Source: an uncultured Gammaproteobacteria bacterium (GTDB lineage Bacteria; Pseudomonadota; Gammaproteobacteria; JABCZS01). From it: a stretch of 64,000 nt of DNA. Shown piece after piece: positions 9,904 to 21,160 of this stretch. Every line of letters begins with the position of its first letter. The stretch's first letter is position 1. The stretch spans positions 64,001-128,000 of the forward strand of contig CAWKDC010000001.1 in NCBI GenBank assembly GCA_963848305.1, given 5' to 3'. Both the position numbers and the translations under genes were made by a program. Under the pieces are notes generated by a model, which saw nothing but the letters and a program-made list of their open reading frames with translations, was not told the origin of the DNA and made no database searches.

Positions 9904-10629
9904 CTATGGATGCGGCATGCCATCTGCCACCAGGTTCGTTGCCAATCGGAGTGACTCGAAAGTCCCCGCGTCCGTCCACCAGCCTTCCAAAATGCTGTGA
10001 GTTAAGGTGCCTTCCCGCAAATAGGCATTGTTGACATCGGTTATTTCCAGCTCGCCGCGATGGGAAGGTTTGAGTCGGTTGGCCTTTTCGAATACCGTTG
10101 CGTCATAGAAGTAAACACCGGTGACGGCAAAATGACTTGCCGGGGATGCCGGCTTTTCTTCGATGCGGGCAATCCTGTCCCCATCAAACACCGGGACGCC
10201 AAACCGTTCGGGGTTGGAAACTTCCTTGAGGAGGATGTGTGCCCCATTGGGTTGCTGCACAAATTTCTCGGCAGCCTGCTTGATGCTTCCCTCCAGAATA
10301 TTGTCACCAAGAATCACGCAAATCCTTTCACCTTCCGCAAAAGCCTCAGCCAGCCGAAGAGCATCGGCGATCCCGCCTTCCCCCTCTTGATAGGCATAAT
10401 TCAGACGCTTCAGTCCAAATTCCTTCCCATTGGCCAGCAATCGCAGGAAGTCGCCAGCGTTGCGTCCTCCGGTAACAATGAGGATCTGTTCGATTCCAGC
10501 ATTTACCAGTGTCCGGAGGGGATAATAAATCATAGGAGCGTCGTATACCGGCAGCAAGTGCTTATTGGTAACTTTTGTCAAAGGGAACAACCGCGAACCT
10601 GTTCCACCTGCCAGAATGACACCCTTCAT
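9904..10629 (-). CDS. rfbA: Glucose-1-phosphate thymidylyltransferase-like sugar nucleotidyltransferase (RmlA/SpsI type)
   Basis: GVILAGGTGSRLFPLT..TNKHLLPVYD, LGDN, EEKP, RGELEITD, WTDAGT. Confidence 0.88.
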   Translation of the reverse strand: MKGVILAGGTGSRLFPLTKVTNKHLLPVYDAPMIYYPLRTLVNAGIEQILIVTGGRNAGDFLRLLANGKEFGLKRLNYAYQEGEGGIADALRLAEAFAEGERICVILGDNILEGSIKQAAEKFVQQPNGAHILLKEVSNPERFGVPVFDGDRIARIEEKPASPASHFAVTGVYFYDATVFEKANRLKPSHRGELEITDVNNAYLREGTLTHSILEGWWTDAGTFESLRLATNLVADGMPHP

Positions 10630-10758
10630 CTCGTAATCCTCCTAATGCTCGGCCACCGCGACTCACAACTGACTCCCAGACGTTGTCCGTCCCATACCCA
10701 TCGCCCAGAAACGGAGTTCGTCAGGATAGGGAGAACGATCCCCCTCCACTAAAGTCCT

Positions 10759-12158
10759 TCAATTCAAAAATCCCTCGTCGCGTTCTGAAGCCGGTTCCGA
10801 GACCACTCTTCTGGGGCGATCAGGCAAAGAGCTTAAATGCGTTGCGACGGCGACGCACACCACAAACCAAGCGGCATTGGCAGCAACACGCAAGTTGAAA
10901 TCGACCAAACTATGGCAGAGCAATCCCACCGCGCCCACCACCGCGCCGACTTGAATCCAACCCCACCTCGTCCGGAGACGTTCCGGGATGTGTAGAAAAG
11001 CCCGGCGAAAGAAAAGCACCAACCCCCAAATCAAAAGGACGCCCCCCGCCAATCCCGTCTCCGCCAAGCCCTCCGCGAAGTCATTGTGGGCATGTGACCA
11101 ATGAAGTTCGGACGGATGAGTCATATAGGCGGGGAATACAGTCTCAAAGGATCCCACTCCGATTCCCTGCCTGAGATGGCTTCGCGCCATTCGGAGCGTG
11201 TCCTCCGCTACCCAGAATCGGTCGCCCAATTTCCCTTGGATGGAGTTTTCCGTTTGGAAAATTGACAAGGCGCGGTTGCCCACACGGCCCGAACTAGCCA
11301 TCCAGGCGAAAACGCCAGCCGAGATCAAAACCCCTCCGAGGATCAGGGGGAAGGCGCGATGCCACACGCCCGTGGGCCGATGCCAAAAAATGATGAATCC
11401 AAAAACCAGGACTTCCACCAGCATAACCGCGGCACCGCCCCGCGAACCGCTGATCACAATCGGAGGCGAGGGCAACTCCCACGACCAGCCAGAGCAACAG
11501 CCGTGGCACCTTTCGCGAGTACCCCGAAAGGACATATCCCGCCGCGATCGGAATCAGCATTTCCATTAAGCCACAGTAGTCGTTGGCGCTAACGTAGGGG
11601 CCGAAAGGACCGAATGGCGTCGCCACACTCCAATAGATCAAGCCTTGTCCTGTCGTCATAACCTGTGCGAGGGCCAGCACGCTCAGACCCAATGCGAGCA
11701 TGGTAACAACCAATCCCCACCATTTTAGGGCCCTGCCATTTTCGGGTTGCGTAAATAAAAGTTGGCCCGCCAGGAAGAAGAACACAAAGTTGGTGATGAG
11801 CTTCAGGACGGCCTCACGCGTGGCCACGTGATCAGCGGTCAATCCCGCAAAGAATTGTACACTTGCGATCAAAAGCAGCAACAGGAAAGGCCAGTAGAGC
11901 GGAGACCAGCTCACCTCGAGAATGCCGCGATGAGCGCAACCCGCAGCCCATAGAACCAGCGTGAGCAAGGCCAAAACCATCAAGGCACCCCAGGCCCACG
12001 GCTGTACGGCGCCGAAAGCCCACGGGGCGGCAAAAATTGTGGCCAGAAAGAGAATTCGCGCTCCAGAGTGGAAAAGAGATGAGTCCGCCCGGCCGTCGTC
12101 ATGCGGTGTGGTTCTGCCGCGATGATGGGAAGACCTTGAAATGGTTGGGGATTGTCAC
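10759..12158 (-). CDS. O-antigen ligase/polymerase-like membrane protein; frameshifted, start uncertain
   Basis: PWAFGAVQPWAW, FGPYV..NDY.G..EM, SGSRGG, G.G.GSF, HAHNDFAE..AETG, HSLVDFNL; split across ORFs 11294-11983 and 10759-11535. Confidence 0.8.
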
Positions 12159-13497
12159 CGGGTCCTCGCTTGGTTCACCTTGGGTCCGGAAGCGTCCACG
12201 GCGCGAAGAGTCACATCATCCAGCCAGACCGTGCCGGTTATGTCCCGCGAAGATGCTTGCTCTTTGGGCCGCCAAAAAGAAACTCTTACCGCTTGCGTCT
12301 GCGGTTGGGTCATAAACTCAACATCGATCGGGTGCCACGCCGTGGTTCCCACCGTCGGATCGCTGGTCCGAGCAACGCAATCTGCACAACCCATCTCATC
12401 TACCCGCAACTGCGGTCCGCTGCTGGAGGTGAGATTGTCGGATCGCACATAAGCAGTTAATTGATAATGCGTGCTGGGTCGAATGCGAACGACTTGATTC
12501 ACCAGTTCATATTCCACATTTCGACCGAACACGAAATCAATCCGCAGGCACTTCCCGCCCTTGTAGGCGGAGGGATCAGAGAAATCATAGGCCAAGTCCT
12601 GGGAATCGCTTGATACGCCAGTCAAATCCGGTGTTGAGAGGCTGCCCCTCAAAACCCCCGTTATAGAGCAGGTTGGCGGATTGGGAATTGGGCGCCGGGG
12701 GGATGACCCCCGCATGTTGAAGGTCGTTCCACACCGTGCCGGCATCCTGTATTTGATTATGGTCGATTAGGAAGTCCAAAAAATGTTTTACCATTGAAAT
12801 GTTGGGGGAACGATCAGGCCCGGAGATCATTTGTCCCCAAATTTTCATGGCGTTTTCGTAATCGGCGACGGAGCTCAAAAACATCAGGAATGCAAACCTT
12901 GCGGAGGCATTCTTTCCGTGGGGGACAACCTGCGCGTAGATCGCTTGCGGGTCGCGGGTCGCGCGAAGGCACAAGCGAAATGTATTATCGAGGTATTCCG
13001 GAGCCAATTCCAGCAAGTCTGCGAAAGTAGGGGAAGGCCTTGTCCTCGCGATTCGTTAAGAGGTAATGATTTCCTGCCGACCACAGTAAAGCGGGAGTCA
13101 TGGGGTTAAGCACAATGGCTCGCTCAAAAGCCTCATCCGAACACGCGATGTCTCCGACAAAATCACAGGCCGTTCCCAGATCCGCCCAATAATCCCAATG
13201 GCGAGGGTTGAGTTCGACGGCTTGCCGGAGATATTTCACTGCCTCGGAAAGATTGAGGTCCGTGGGATCAAAGGTATAGACCAATCCCAGGCGATGGACC
13301 AAGTCGGCATTATCCGGATCCAGTCGCAGCGCCTTTTGAAGGTCGGTGATGGATATGGTGTCAAGGCGGGAAGTTACTCGGGCCACGCGAATCGCTTCCC
13401 AGGCCAAACCAAGGCTGACGGCAACGATGGGCATCAGGAAAAGAACGGCCCGCCACCAAGGGCGCAAGGAGGCATGCCAAAATGTGATTCGAATCAT
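12155..13497 (-). CDS. Membrane-anchored TPR protein with a C-terminal carbohydrate-binding-like domain; split by two frameshifts
   Basis: N-terminal TM, TPR-like ALRLDPDNAD/AVELNP/AIVLNP; NLLYNGGFE...GFDW...TVWLDDVTL resembles a CBM4/9-like beta-sandwich; three overlapping ORFs. Confidence 0.72.
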
Positions 13498-13654
13498 GCC
13501 GGGACGTTAGCTCTCTCACCAGAAAGGTCAGGGTTGGGCATGTTGACTCATCTCTCGTGTGATCCTGGAAGAGACGATTGACGAATAAGGGGCAGGCCGG
13601 TCCAATCCCCCTTGGAGGGAAATCCCCACTCGTTCGTCCGACTACGTTGAATGC

Positions 13655-16009
13655 TCATGCCCGGCGGGATGAATCCTTTCTGGCATGGCCTCCTCCGGAA
13701 GAATGCGAGGGATTCGACACCGAGGCTTCATCATAGTAGGACTGATGATAAGGGCCGTAATAGGAGCCATAGTAAGTGTCGAAGCGCATGTCAACCTTGT
13801 TAAGGACCATTCCCAGAACCCGCGAGCCGGCGTTTTCAAGGATTCGATGCGCCCGGGCAAGGGCGCCCCGTGCCGTCGTACCACTGGCCACCACCAATAT
13901 AACGCCGTCCACCATTGCGGAGAGGATCACGGCGTCGGTCACCAGAAGCAGCGGGGGGGAGTCGATAACAATCTGCGTAAACCGCTTCAGCAAGTCCTTA
14001 AGGGTCGCATCCATCATGTGCGAAGAGAGCAGTTCGGCAGGATCGGGAGGCCGAGGCCCGGCCGGCAAGATCCAGAGATTGGGGATACGTTCATATTGGA
14101 TCAGAACTTCATCGAGAGAATGAGCGCCGGTCAAGAAGCTGCTCAAACCCCTTTCATTGGCAACTCCCAGGGTCTTCGCAACGGATGGGCGGCGCATGTC
14201 GGCATCAATGATCAAAACCGGGCCTTGCCTCTGGGCAAAAGACATTGCCAAGTTAGTGGCAGTGGAAGTCTTTCCTTCGCCCATCTGTGCGCTGGTGACC
14301 AGCAAAGTTTGCGGTGGACGCGGAGCGGTGGAGAGTAAAACGGAAGTCCGGAGGCTGCGGAACGACTCCGCCATAGGCGAGGATGGACGCTTAAGAACAG
14401 CCAAGCCCACACCATTCGGTCCGGCAGCCGCGCCCAGAGAAGGGCCCCCAGCCATTTGCTTCCGTCGATAACCGTCAGTTTCGGCAGGGATTACGGCCAA
14501 AGCCGGAGCATTGACAAGCCTCTCCGCTTCTTCAGCAGTCCGGACCGAACTGTCGAGAGCTTCCTGTACGAAAGCCAGCGTAATCCCAAGAATGAGGCCG
14601 ATCATCAGACCGGCGGCCAAATTGCGCGGCCGGTTTGGGCTAATGGGAGTCGAAGGCGGAGTGGCCGGGTCAATAACGTGAACATTGGTGACTTGCAGGC
14701 TGGCGGAAAGGGTGGCATCCTTCAAGCGTTGCAAGAGGCTCTCATAGAGCTGCTGGTTAATGTCGAATTCCCGCTTCAAAATATTGTGTTCGATCATGCG
14801 TTGATTAAGCGCACTGACATTTTCTTTTTCCTTGGCCATCGCCTCACCGATAAGTTTTTCCCGGCTTAGCGCCTCCAAATAATCGTTGTGAGCCTTCTCA
14901 ATCGCTAGCTTACGCGCCGCCTCCATGAGAGATTGCAACTGCGTAAGCTGGTCATGAAGGCGGACGGCTTTAGGGAAATTCGGCCCATATTGGGTCAGGG
15001 CGTCAGCATAAGCTGCCTTGAGATCACTGTATTTCTCCTCCAAATGCTGGAGAACTCTGTCTTCCACAATAATTCCAACCTGGCCTTCGTTGGCCTTGGC
15101 AAGCTCATAAAGAGATTGCTTCTGAACCCGGTCACTCTCTGCATTGGTGTAGTCCCTGTTCAGTTGCTCCAGCCTCTCATCGTTGATAGTCCCCTTATCC
15201 CCAACGCTGACAATCAGGTTCTGACGCTCATAATCGATCAAAGCCTGTTGAGATTTCTCCACCTTCACCTTGAGTTCCTGTAATTGTTGCTCCATTCCGC
15301 CCGATGCGCGTCGGGTAAAGTCATTCCGCTGCTCGAAGTTGGCGTCGGTGTAGTTATCAATCAATCTATTCACGGCATTCGCCGCCAACTCAGGATTCCC
15401 GCTTTCATAACTTACCGCCAGAATACGGCTGTCCTTTAGGGGTGCAACCGAAAGTCCCTCCTTAAAATCTCCGATCAAGGCTGCCTTGCGTGCCGCGGCA
15501 ATTCGAATGGCCGATTGCCCAGGAGCACTCGCCATGCCCGGCGAGGCGGCGCGGTCAAGTCCAAGCTGCTGCAGCGTTGTCCACGCCAGGCTGTCACTTT
15601 GTAGGACCTGCATCTGGGTGACCAGGAACGAGTTATCATCCACGGGAGACTGACGGTAAACCTCGTTGAGGGTTTGGAGTTGGGGGTAAGTGGTTTCGAC
15701 ATCAACAGTTGCCGTCGCCTTATACACGGGAGACATCTTAAAGGTGTAAATCGCCGTCAGCACTGCCACAATGACAGTGGCCGTAACGATCGTCGTAATA
15801 CGCTTCAGGACGACTTGCCAGAAGGTGGCAAAACTGAAATGAGGTTCACTTCCTTGGGCCTCTAAATCCAGCGTCGTTGGTGTGAACGTATTAATCCGAT
15901 GCGGCAATTGACGTTCAATGGGTGATAATGAGTCGTTGTCAGGCACCTTAAAAAGCTCCCTCGAGAAAAAATCCGATTCCGCTAGACCCTCGGCAACTCC
16001 AGTACTCAA
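13655..16009 (-). CDS. wzc: Polysaccharide co-polymerase / tyrosine autokinase (Wzc)
   Basis: Two TMs, periplasmic coiled coil, Walker A TSAQMGEGKT, IIDADMRRP, VIDSPP, C-terminal Tyr cluster YYGSYYGPY..YY. Confidence 0.95.
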   Translation of the reverse strand: MSTGVAEGLAESDFFSRELFKVPDNDSLSPIERQLPHRINTFTPTTLDLEAQGSEPHFSFATFWQVVLKRITTIVTATVIVAVLTAIYTFKMSPVYKATATVDVETTYPQLQTLNEVYRQSPVDDNSFLVTQMQVLQSDSLAWTTLQQLGLDRAASPGMASAPGQSAIRIAAARKAALIGDFKEGLSVAPLKDSRILAVSYESGNPELAANAVNRLIDNYTDANFEQRNDFTRRASGGMEQQLQELKVKVEKSQQALIDYERQNLIVSVGDKGTINDERLEQLNRDYTNAESDRVQKQSLYELAKANEGQVGIIVEDRVLQHLEEKYSDLKAAYADALTQYGPNFPKAVRLHDQLTQLQSLMEAARKLAIEKAHNDYLEALSREKLIGEAMAKEKENVSALNQRMIEHNILKREFDINQQLYESLLQRLKDATLSASLQVTNVHVIDPATPPSTPISPNRPRNLAAGLMIGLILGITLAFVQEALDSSVRTAEEAERLVNAPALAVIPAETDGYRRKQMAGGPSLGAAAGPNGVGLAVLKRPSSPMAESFRSLRTSVLLSTAPRPPQTLLVTSAQMGEGKTSTATNLAMSFAQRQGPVLIIDADMRRPSVAKTLGVANERGLSSFLTGAHSLDEVLIQYERIPNLWILPAGPRPPDPAELLSSHMMDATLKDLLKRFTQIVIDSPPLLLVTDAVILSAMVDGVILVVASGTTARGALARAHRILENAGSRVLGMVLNKVDMRFDTYYGSYYGPYHQSYYDEASVSNPSHSSGGGHARKDSSRRA

Positions 16010-17115
16010 TGGTAGATCATCATTGCCTGCCCGCCGGTGGTCGCAACTTCAATAGCAGCAGTGGTGGATGCATGCAGAGCCTTAAGCCCGCCGCTTTCTG
16101 GCACAAAGAGAATATCGTCTGGCATCAACCGAATATCTGCAATCTGCCCTTTGACCATGGCTTTGTAATCCACGGGAATTTCCTCCCGCTTTTCGCCCTG
16201 GGCCGCCGGATCCCGCCGCAGGATAACAATATGGCTCCTTTTGGCAATGCCGTTCACGTCGCCCGCCAAGGCCAATGCTTTAAGTACCGTAGTGTGTTGT
16301 CGAGCATCGCTCAGCACGTATCCTCCGGGGCGCGCAACGGCACCCAAGACGTAAATGAGGTCGGCCTTCTGGACCGTGATTCGATCACCCGGATAAAGGA
16401 GGATGTTGGTATTGGTATTGTCGTCGCCCGTTTCCACCAGCTTTCGAATTTTCAGAGTGAATGGCTGCCCATTGGCCGAAGGATCCACTGCACCAGTTCG
16501 GGCGCTTTCTTCAAGGTCGGCGCGCTGGCCGACCGCCCCCCGCGATATTACCGCATCATCGCTGGCACTATTGGTCAATCCCCCCGCCTTAATGAGAATC
16601 TCGATTAACCGAGTGGGGCCAAAAATCGGATAGGCCTGAGGACTTCTAACTTCCCCCGAAACCAGTACAGTATGCAACCTCGTTTCCTTGAGCGAAACTG
16701 ACACTTGCGCGTTATTCAGCATGCCTGCATCGTGAAATTTGGTGGCAATCAAGCGTGAAAGCTGATCCAACGTTTCGCCCGCTGCGGGGATCGGTTCAGG
16801 CAGCAGGGGCAGGGTCAATAAGCCATTGGAACTAACCCGATAGGTTCGAGTGACTTCAGGCACGTCCATCACCTGGATGTCCAACAAATCTTCCGGGCTC
16901 ACCGTGTAATCGTTGATGGGCGCCGGTTGGCCATCGGAGGGACCTACGAGACCGCTGGCGGCCTTCGAGGCTACCGCTGGCTGCGGCGGAGTACCCGAAT
17001 TCTGCCGCTGTGCCCACGCCAGCGTCAAACCAGTCATAAGATATAGCGCCAGTCCCGGCCCGCATACCTTCGCAAAAACTCGCAGATCCCAAACCTCCAC
17101 CCGTTTACTGACCAT
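16006..17115 (-). CDS. wza: Polysaccharide export protein (Wza/OPX, Poly_export + SLBB domains)
   Basis: YTVSPEDLLDI.V, G.LTLPLL, VSGEVRSP, YVLGAVARPG, LMPDDILFVP; signal peptide. Confidence 0.9.
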   Translation of the reverse strand: MVSKRVEVWDLRVFAKVCGPGLALYLMTGLTLAWAQRQNSGTPPQPAVASKAASGLVGPSDGQPAPINDYTVSPEDLLDIQVMDVPEVTRTYRVSSNGLLTLPLLPEPIPAAGETLDQLSRLIATKFHDAGMLNNAQVSVSLKETRLHTVLVSGEVRSPQAYPIFGPTRLIEILIKAGGLTNSASDDAVISRGAVGQRADLEESARTGAVDPSANGQPFTLKIRKLVETGDDNTNTNILLYPGDRITVQKADLIYVLGAVARPGGYVLSDARQHTTVLKALALAGDVNGIAKRSHIVILRRDPAAQGEKREEIPVDYKAMVKGQIADIRLMPDDILFVPESGGLKALHASTTAAIEVATTGGQAMMIYH

Positions 17116-17720
17116 CGGCCCACCTCACTCCTATACTCAACCGCCTTCCATGCTGATTTTCCCAGGTATCGGCCTTCATCACAAACCTGTTGCTTGCACC
17201 TCGTCCTCCCGGCAGAAATGCTGACCTAATGGTATGTTCAGCGGATTGGCGGCGATTCCACAGGGCTCGTGACTGCATACTCCCTGGTGTGCTCCGTGGC
17301 AGATTAAGAGGCATCTGCGGCTGGCAACTCAATCACATGGACTGCTGAGGTCTCATCAGGCTGATCTCTTTCTTGACGGTCTCCGGGGCACCTAACCTCC
17401 AGAGGGGATGTCGGGAAAGGGCTTGCGAACTAGCGCGTGCGAGCTTTGACTTGCGTCGCCGGGAACGACGACAGGGTTCCCATCCTCTCGCCGTAAATCT
17501 TCTAAACCCCTCGCGAAGCCCCCTCGAACTCGGCAAAATGAGAATTCCGCCCATGTCATCTTTTCGTTCTTTGCAGCTGCTTTGAATTAAGATGACAATC
17601 TGTAAGTTTGCGGGTATAGGCCTTCCCAAGCACTAACGACACCTAAGGAACCGCCATGGCACCGGTTCGGCGTGGTTATTGAGTTCCGGCAAGTCGCACC
17701 GACATAATTCGACGGGAGTT

Positions 17721-17749
17721 AGTGTACGTCTACGTTGTCATGTTGTCAA
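17721..17749 (-). promoter_or_regulatory. Sigma70-type promoter facing the wza operon
   Basis: TTGACA-N17-TACACT on the minus strand, about 600 bp upstream of wza. Confidence 0.6.
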
Positions 17750-17802
17750 TAGCGAGGGGAATCGGGGGGAATCGTTACGGGGGGATCTTTGGTGACACCC
17801 CC

Positions 17803-17832
17803 TTGACACTGCACTTCTAACCCCATTAGGAT
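17803..17832 (+). promoter_or_regulatory. Candidate sigma70-type promoter for ugd
   Basis: TTGACA-N18-TAGGAT just upstream of the GAGGAGG RBS. Confidence 0.45.
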
Positions 17833-17846
17833 GAGGAGGACAAATC

Positions 17847-19289
17847 ATGAGCGACAATTCCAATCGGCAAGAGACGAGTTTCGATGATGCCGCCATCACG
17901 GTCCTAGGCTTAGGCCATATCGGCCTCCCAACTGCGCTCGGTTTGGCGGAGTTGGGAAAGCGTGTTGTTGGCGCTGACGACGATAAGGGCAAGGTGGGAC
18001 GTATTCGGGCGGGGGACCCGATTTTTTTTGAACCCGGCCTTGAAGATCTGTTGTCGAAGCACCTTCAAAGCGGAAGATTTCAGGCCGTCGATGATGTGGA
18101 AGCCGCAGTGCGTTCGGGTTCCATCATTTTCATATGTGTCGGTACACCACAAAAAGCCAGCGGTCAAGCTGATCTCGGTCAGGTAGAAGCGGTGGCGCGC
18201 GTGGTGGCACGCAACTTGAATGGATACAAACTCATCGTTGAAAAGAGCACCGTTCCAGCCATAACCGCACATTGGCTCAAGCGAGCAATTGTGCGCTATT
18301 GCCCTGGGAAGCTAGCTACGGCAGGCGAGGGCACTGCGGGCCCGTCTTCCCCAACGCCCTTGGATTTCGATATTGCCTCCAATCCCGAATTCCTTCGCGA
18401 AGGCAGAGCCCTGGAGGATTTTTTCCATCCTGACCGCATCGTGTGCGGGGTCGATTCCGAGCGGGCGCGCGATATCTTGACAAACCTTTATAGTCCCCTA
18501 CAACGGCCGATAGTGGTTACGGATACAAGCACCGCAGAATTAATCAAACATGCTGCTAACGCCTTTCTTTCGATGAAGATATCGTTCATCAACATGGTTT
18601 CGGATTTGTGCGACGAGGTGGGGGCAAACGTCACTGCGGTAACGCGTGGCATCGGACTGGATTCCCGCATTGGTCCGCAGTTCCTTGACGCTGGAATCGG
18701 CTACGGCGGTTACTGTTTCCCCAAGGATGTTCGGGCCTTCATTCACTTGGCGGAAGAGCATGGAGTGGATTTCTCGCTTCTCCAAGAAGTGGAGCGCGTT
18801 AACCAACGTCGCGTAGACGTCTTTATCAAAAAAGTCCAAAAAGTGCTATGGACGTTGCGCGGAAAGACCCTTGGAATTCTCGGATTGGCTTTCAAAGCCG
18901 GGACCGATGACATTCGGGAGGCGGTCAGCCTTAAGATTATACAAGCCTTACTCAATGAGGGATGCATGCTGCGCTTGTATGATCCGCAAGCCATGCCAAA
19001 CACCCGGGAAGTGTTTCCTGCCTCGACGGAACGACTCAGTTACTGTTCCTCCGCCTATGAGGCGGCGCACGGAGCCCAGGCCCTGCTTGTTATTACCGAG
19101 TGGGAAGAATTCCGCCAGCTCGACCTCTTGCGTTTGCGGAATAGCATGGAAGTACCTATTTTGATAGATGGTAGAAACCTTTTTGATCCTGACGCTGTCC
19201 GCAAAGCCGGTTTCGAATATGTTTCGATAGGGCGCGATGGGGCGACACCCGCTGGCGCTCACACGCATTCGGCAAAATTCGCCGACTAG
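17847..19289 (+). CDS. ugd: UDP-glucose 6-dehydrogenase
   Basis: [65 protein letters not shown]. Confidence 0.93.
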   Translation: MSDNSNRQETSFDDAAITVLGLGHIGLPTALGLAELGKRVVGADDDKGKVGRIRAGDPIFFEPGLEDLLSKHLQSGRFQAVDDVEAAVRSGSIIFICVGTPQKASGQADLGQVEAVARVVARNLNGYKLIVEKSTVPAITAHWLKRAIVRYCPGKLATAGEGTAGPSSPTPLDFDIASNPEFLREGRALEDFFHPDRIVCGVDSERARDILTNLYSPLQRPIVVTDTSTAELIKHAANAFLSMKISFINMVSDLCDEVGANVTAVTRGIGLDSRIGPQFLDAGIGYGGYCFPKDVRAFIHLAEEHGVDFSLLQEVERVNQRRVDVFIKKVQKVLWTLRGKTLGILGLAFKAGTDDIREAVSLKIIQALLNEGCMLRLYDPQAMPNTREVFPASTERLSYCSSAYEAAHGAQALLVITEWEEFRQLDLLRLRNSMEVPILIDGRNLFDPDAVRKAGFEYVSIGRDGATPAGAHTHSAKFAD

Positions 19290-19328
19290 CGTGGACCACG
19301 CTGTAGCGGCAGGCGGAGGTGCCCCTCT

Positions 19329-20378
19329 ATGTCCAATTCTGCTTCAGGCGAGAATCTCCGGCCACTAACCCTTGTTACCGGCGGCGCGGGTTTCTTAGGT
19401 TCCCATCTTTGCGACCGTCTCCTGGCGGAGGGACACGATGTCATCTGCCTCGACAATCTTATTACCGGTCGTCGTGAGAATTTTCTGCATCTTCTCTCCG
19501 ATCCGCATTTCCGCTTTGTGCTTCACGACGTGACCCGGCCGATTGACTTCCCCGCCCTGCTCGCCTCCTCCCCAGGACAACCGCCATTTGCTTCTCGCCG
19601 GCTAAGTTACATTTTACACTTTGCATCGCCGGCCAGCCCGAAGGACTATGCCCGGCACCCGATTCACACTCTTAAGGTGGGAGCGCTGGGAACCTACCAT
19701 GCGCTGGGATTGGCAAAAGCCCACGGGAGCGTCTTCCTGTTGGCCTCTACCTCGGAAATCTATGGCGACCCGGAGATCAGCCCGCAGCCCGAGAAATACT
19801 GGGGGCATGTTAACCCCATCGGTCCGCGCAGCGTTTATGACGAGGCCAAACGGTTCGCGGAGGCCATAAGTATGGCCTATCACCGCGAGCACGGAGTCAA
19901 GGTGCGCATTGTCCGCATCTTCAATACGTATGGCGAGCGTATGCGATTGGAGGACGGGCGCGCCTTGCCTAATTTCATGGTCCAGGCCCTGCTCGGCCAA
20001 CCCCTGACGGTGTATGGAAAGGGCAGCCAGACCCGCAGCTTGTGTTACGTCAGCGATCTGGTGGAGGGACTTTACCGGCTACTGCTGTCAAACGAGACCG
20101 GACCGATCAACCTGGGAAACCCTGAAGAGCTCTCCATTCTGCAACTCGCCGAGGCCATCCTTCGCGCCACGCAAAGCAAGAGTTCCATCATCTTTGAACC
20201 CCTTCCCGAGGATGACCCGCAGCGCCGCCAACCCGACATCACCGCCGCCCGCGGAAAACTAGGGTGGCAGCCCCACGTCAGCCTGGATAACGGCTTGGCC
20301 AAGACCCTTCCCTATTTCCAATCCTCATTGCAGAATCTATCCCAGCCCGCCGACGCCCCAGATGAGGACATCCAGTGA
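19329..20378 (+). CDS. UDP-glucuronate decarboxylase (UDP-xylose synthase family)
   Basis: [59 protein letters not shown]. Confidence 0.92.
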   Translation: MSNSASGENLRPLTLVTGGAGFLGSHLCDRLLAEGHDVICLDNLITGRRENFLHLLSDPHFRFVLHDVTRPIDFPALLASSPGQPPFASRRLSYILHFASPASPKDYARHPIHTLKVGALGTYHALGLAKAHGSVFLLASTSEIYGDPEISPQPEKYWGHVNPIGPRSVYDEAKRFAEAISMAYHREHGVKVRIVRIFNTYGERMRLEDGRALPNFMVQALLGQPLTVYGKGSQTRSLCYVSDLVEGLYRLLLSNETGPINLGNPEELSILQLAEAILRATQSKSSIIFEPLPEDDPQRRQPDITAARGKLGWQPHVSLDNGLAKTLPYFQSSLQNLSQPADAPDEDIQ

Positions 20379-20381
20379 GGA

Positions 20382-20960
20382 TCAGGGGTGGGTTGGAGAC
20401 AGGGTAGCGCCGGGACGGGTTTCCGGCTGCGTCGGAGCCTTGGGGGGGCGTGGAGGAAGGGGGGCTGTTTTGGGAATCACTCTTCGGTCGACATACTCTA
20501 ACAAGCTTTTCTTGACATTCTGTACTTCTCCCGATGCCAAAACGTCGTGCGGGAGTTCCTGAAAATCTTTTTCAATGGCCGCCTTGAGGTCCCGATTGAG
20601 CTCCTGTGCTTGCCGGTCCAGTGCCTCTTGGGAAGCACGGCTCAGGAGATCCATCGTTTCGTTCAGCTTCACCAATTCATCGTGATTGAGTTTGTCATGC
20701 AGGGCCGCGTAGTCGTAGGAGTTGTAAATCGGACCGGTGCACTGGACCATTTCATCACTCCAGGGCTCGTTAGGGTCGATTGGAGTTGCCGTAAGCTGAC
20801 CATCGCAGACGAACCCGCCCCTGCCCATTCGAATCGACTGATTCGGTCCCGCGACAACCCGGATTTCCTGTGCTCGCAGAGTTCCAATGTTCAACAAACC
20901 GAATAGTGCAACAAGCGCTGACCATGATGCGAAGCGGACGGTATTTCTGAACTCGCACAT
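20382..20960 (-). CDS. Hypothetical exported protein with a Pro-rich tail
   Basis: ATG after a GGAG RBS, signal-peptide-like N-terminus, coiled-coil-like middle; no family recognised. Confidence 0.6.
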   Translation of the reverse strand: MCEFRNTVRFASWSALVALFGLLNIGTLRAQEIRVVAGPNQSIRMGRGGFVCDGQLTATPIDPNEPWSDEMVQCTGPIYNSYDYAALHDKLNHDELVKLNETMDLLSRASQEALDRQAQELNRDLKAAIEKDFQELPHDVLASGEVQNVKKSLLEYVDRRVIPKTAPLPPRPPKAPTQPETRPGATLSPTHP

Positions 20961-21160
20961 TGAGGTAACTCCTTCGTTTCGGACGTCCTAGAGTCCTAGC
21001 CGCATACTCATTATTACCACACAGCCGCTGATAATCAACCGCCACCCGCATGCATGCGCGGGCCCTCGATTGTGTGATCGGGGTGAAGTCTTTGCAAGCG
21101 TAGCGGGGACTTGTTTTATATGCCCATCGGTTTTCCGACCGTTCGCGCTACATTTCCTGC

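Noticed and set aside
17330-17375. Hammerhead ribozyme (CTGATGAG on the minus strand) or c-di-GMP riboswitch in the wza leader
   Set aside because: No GAAA follows the putative stem II, and the riboswitch consensus elements are not in the right order.
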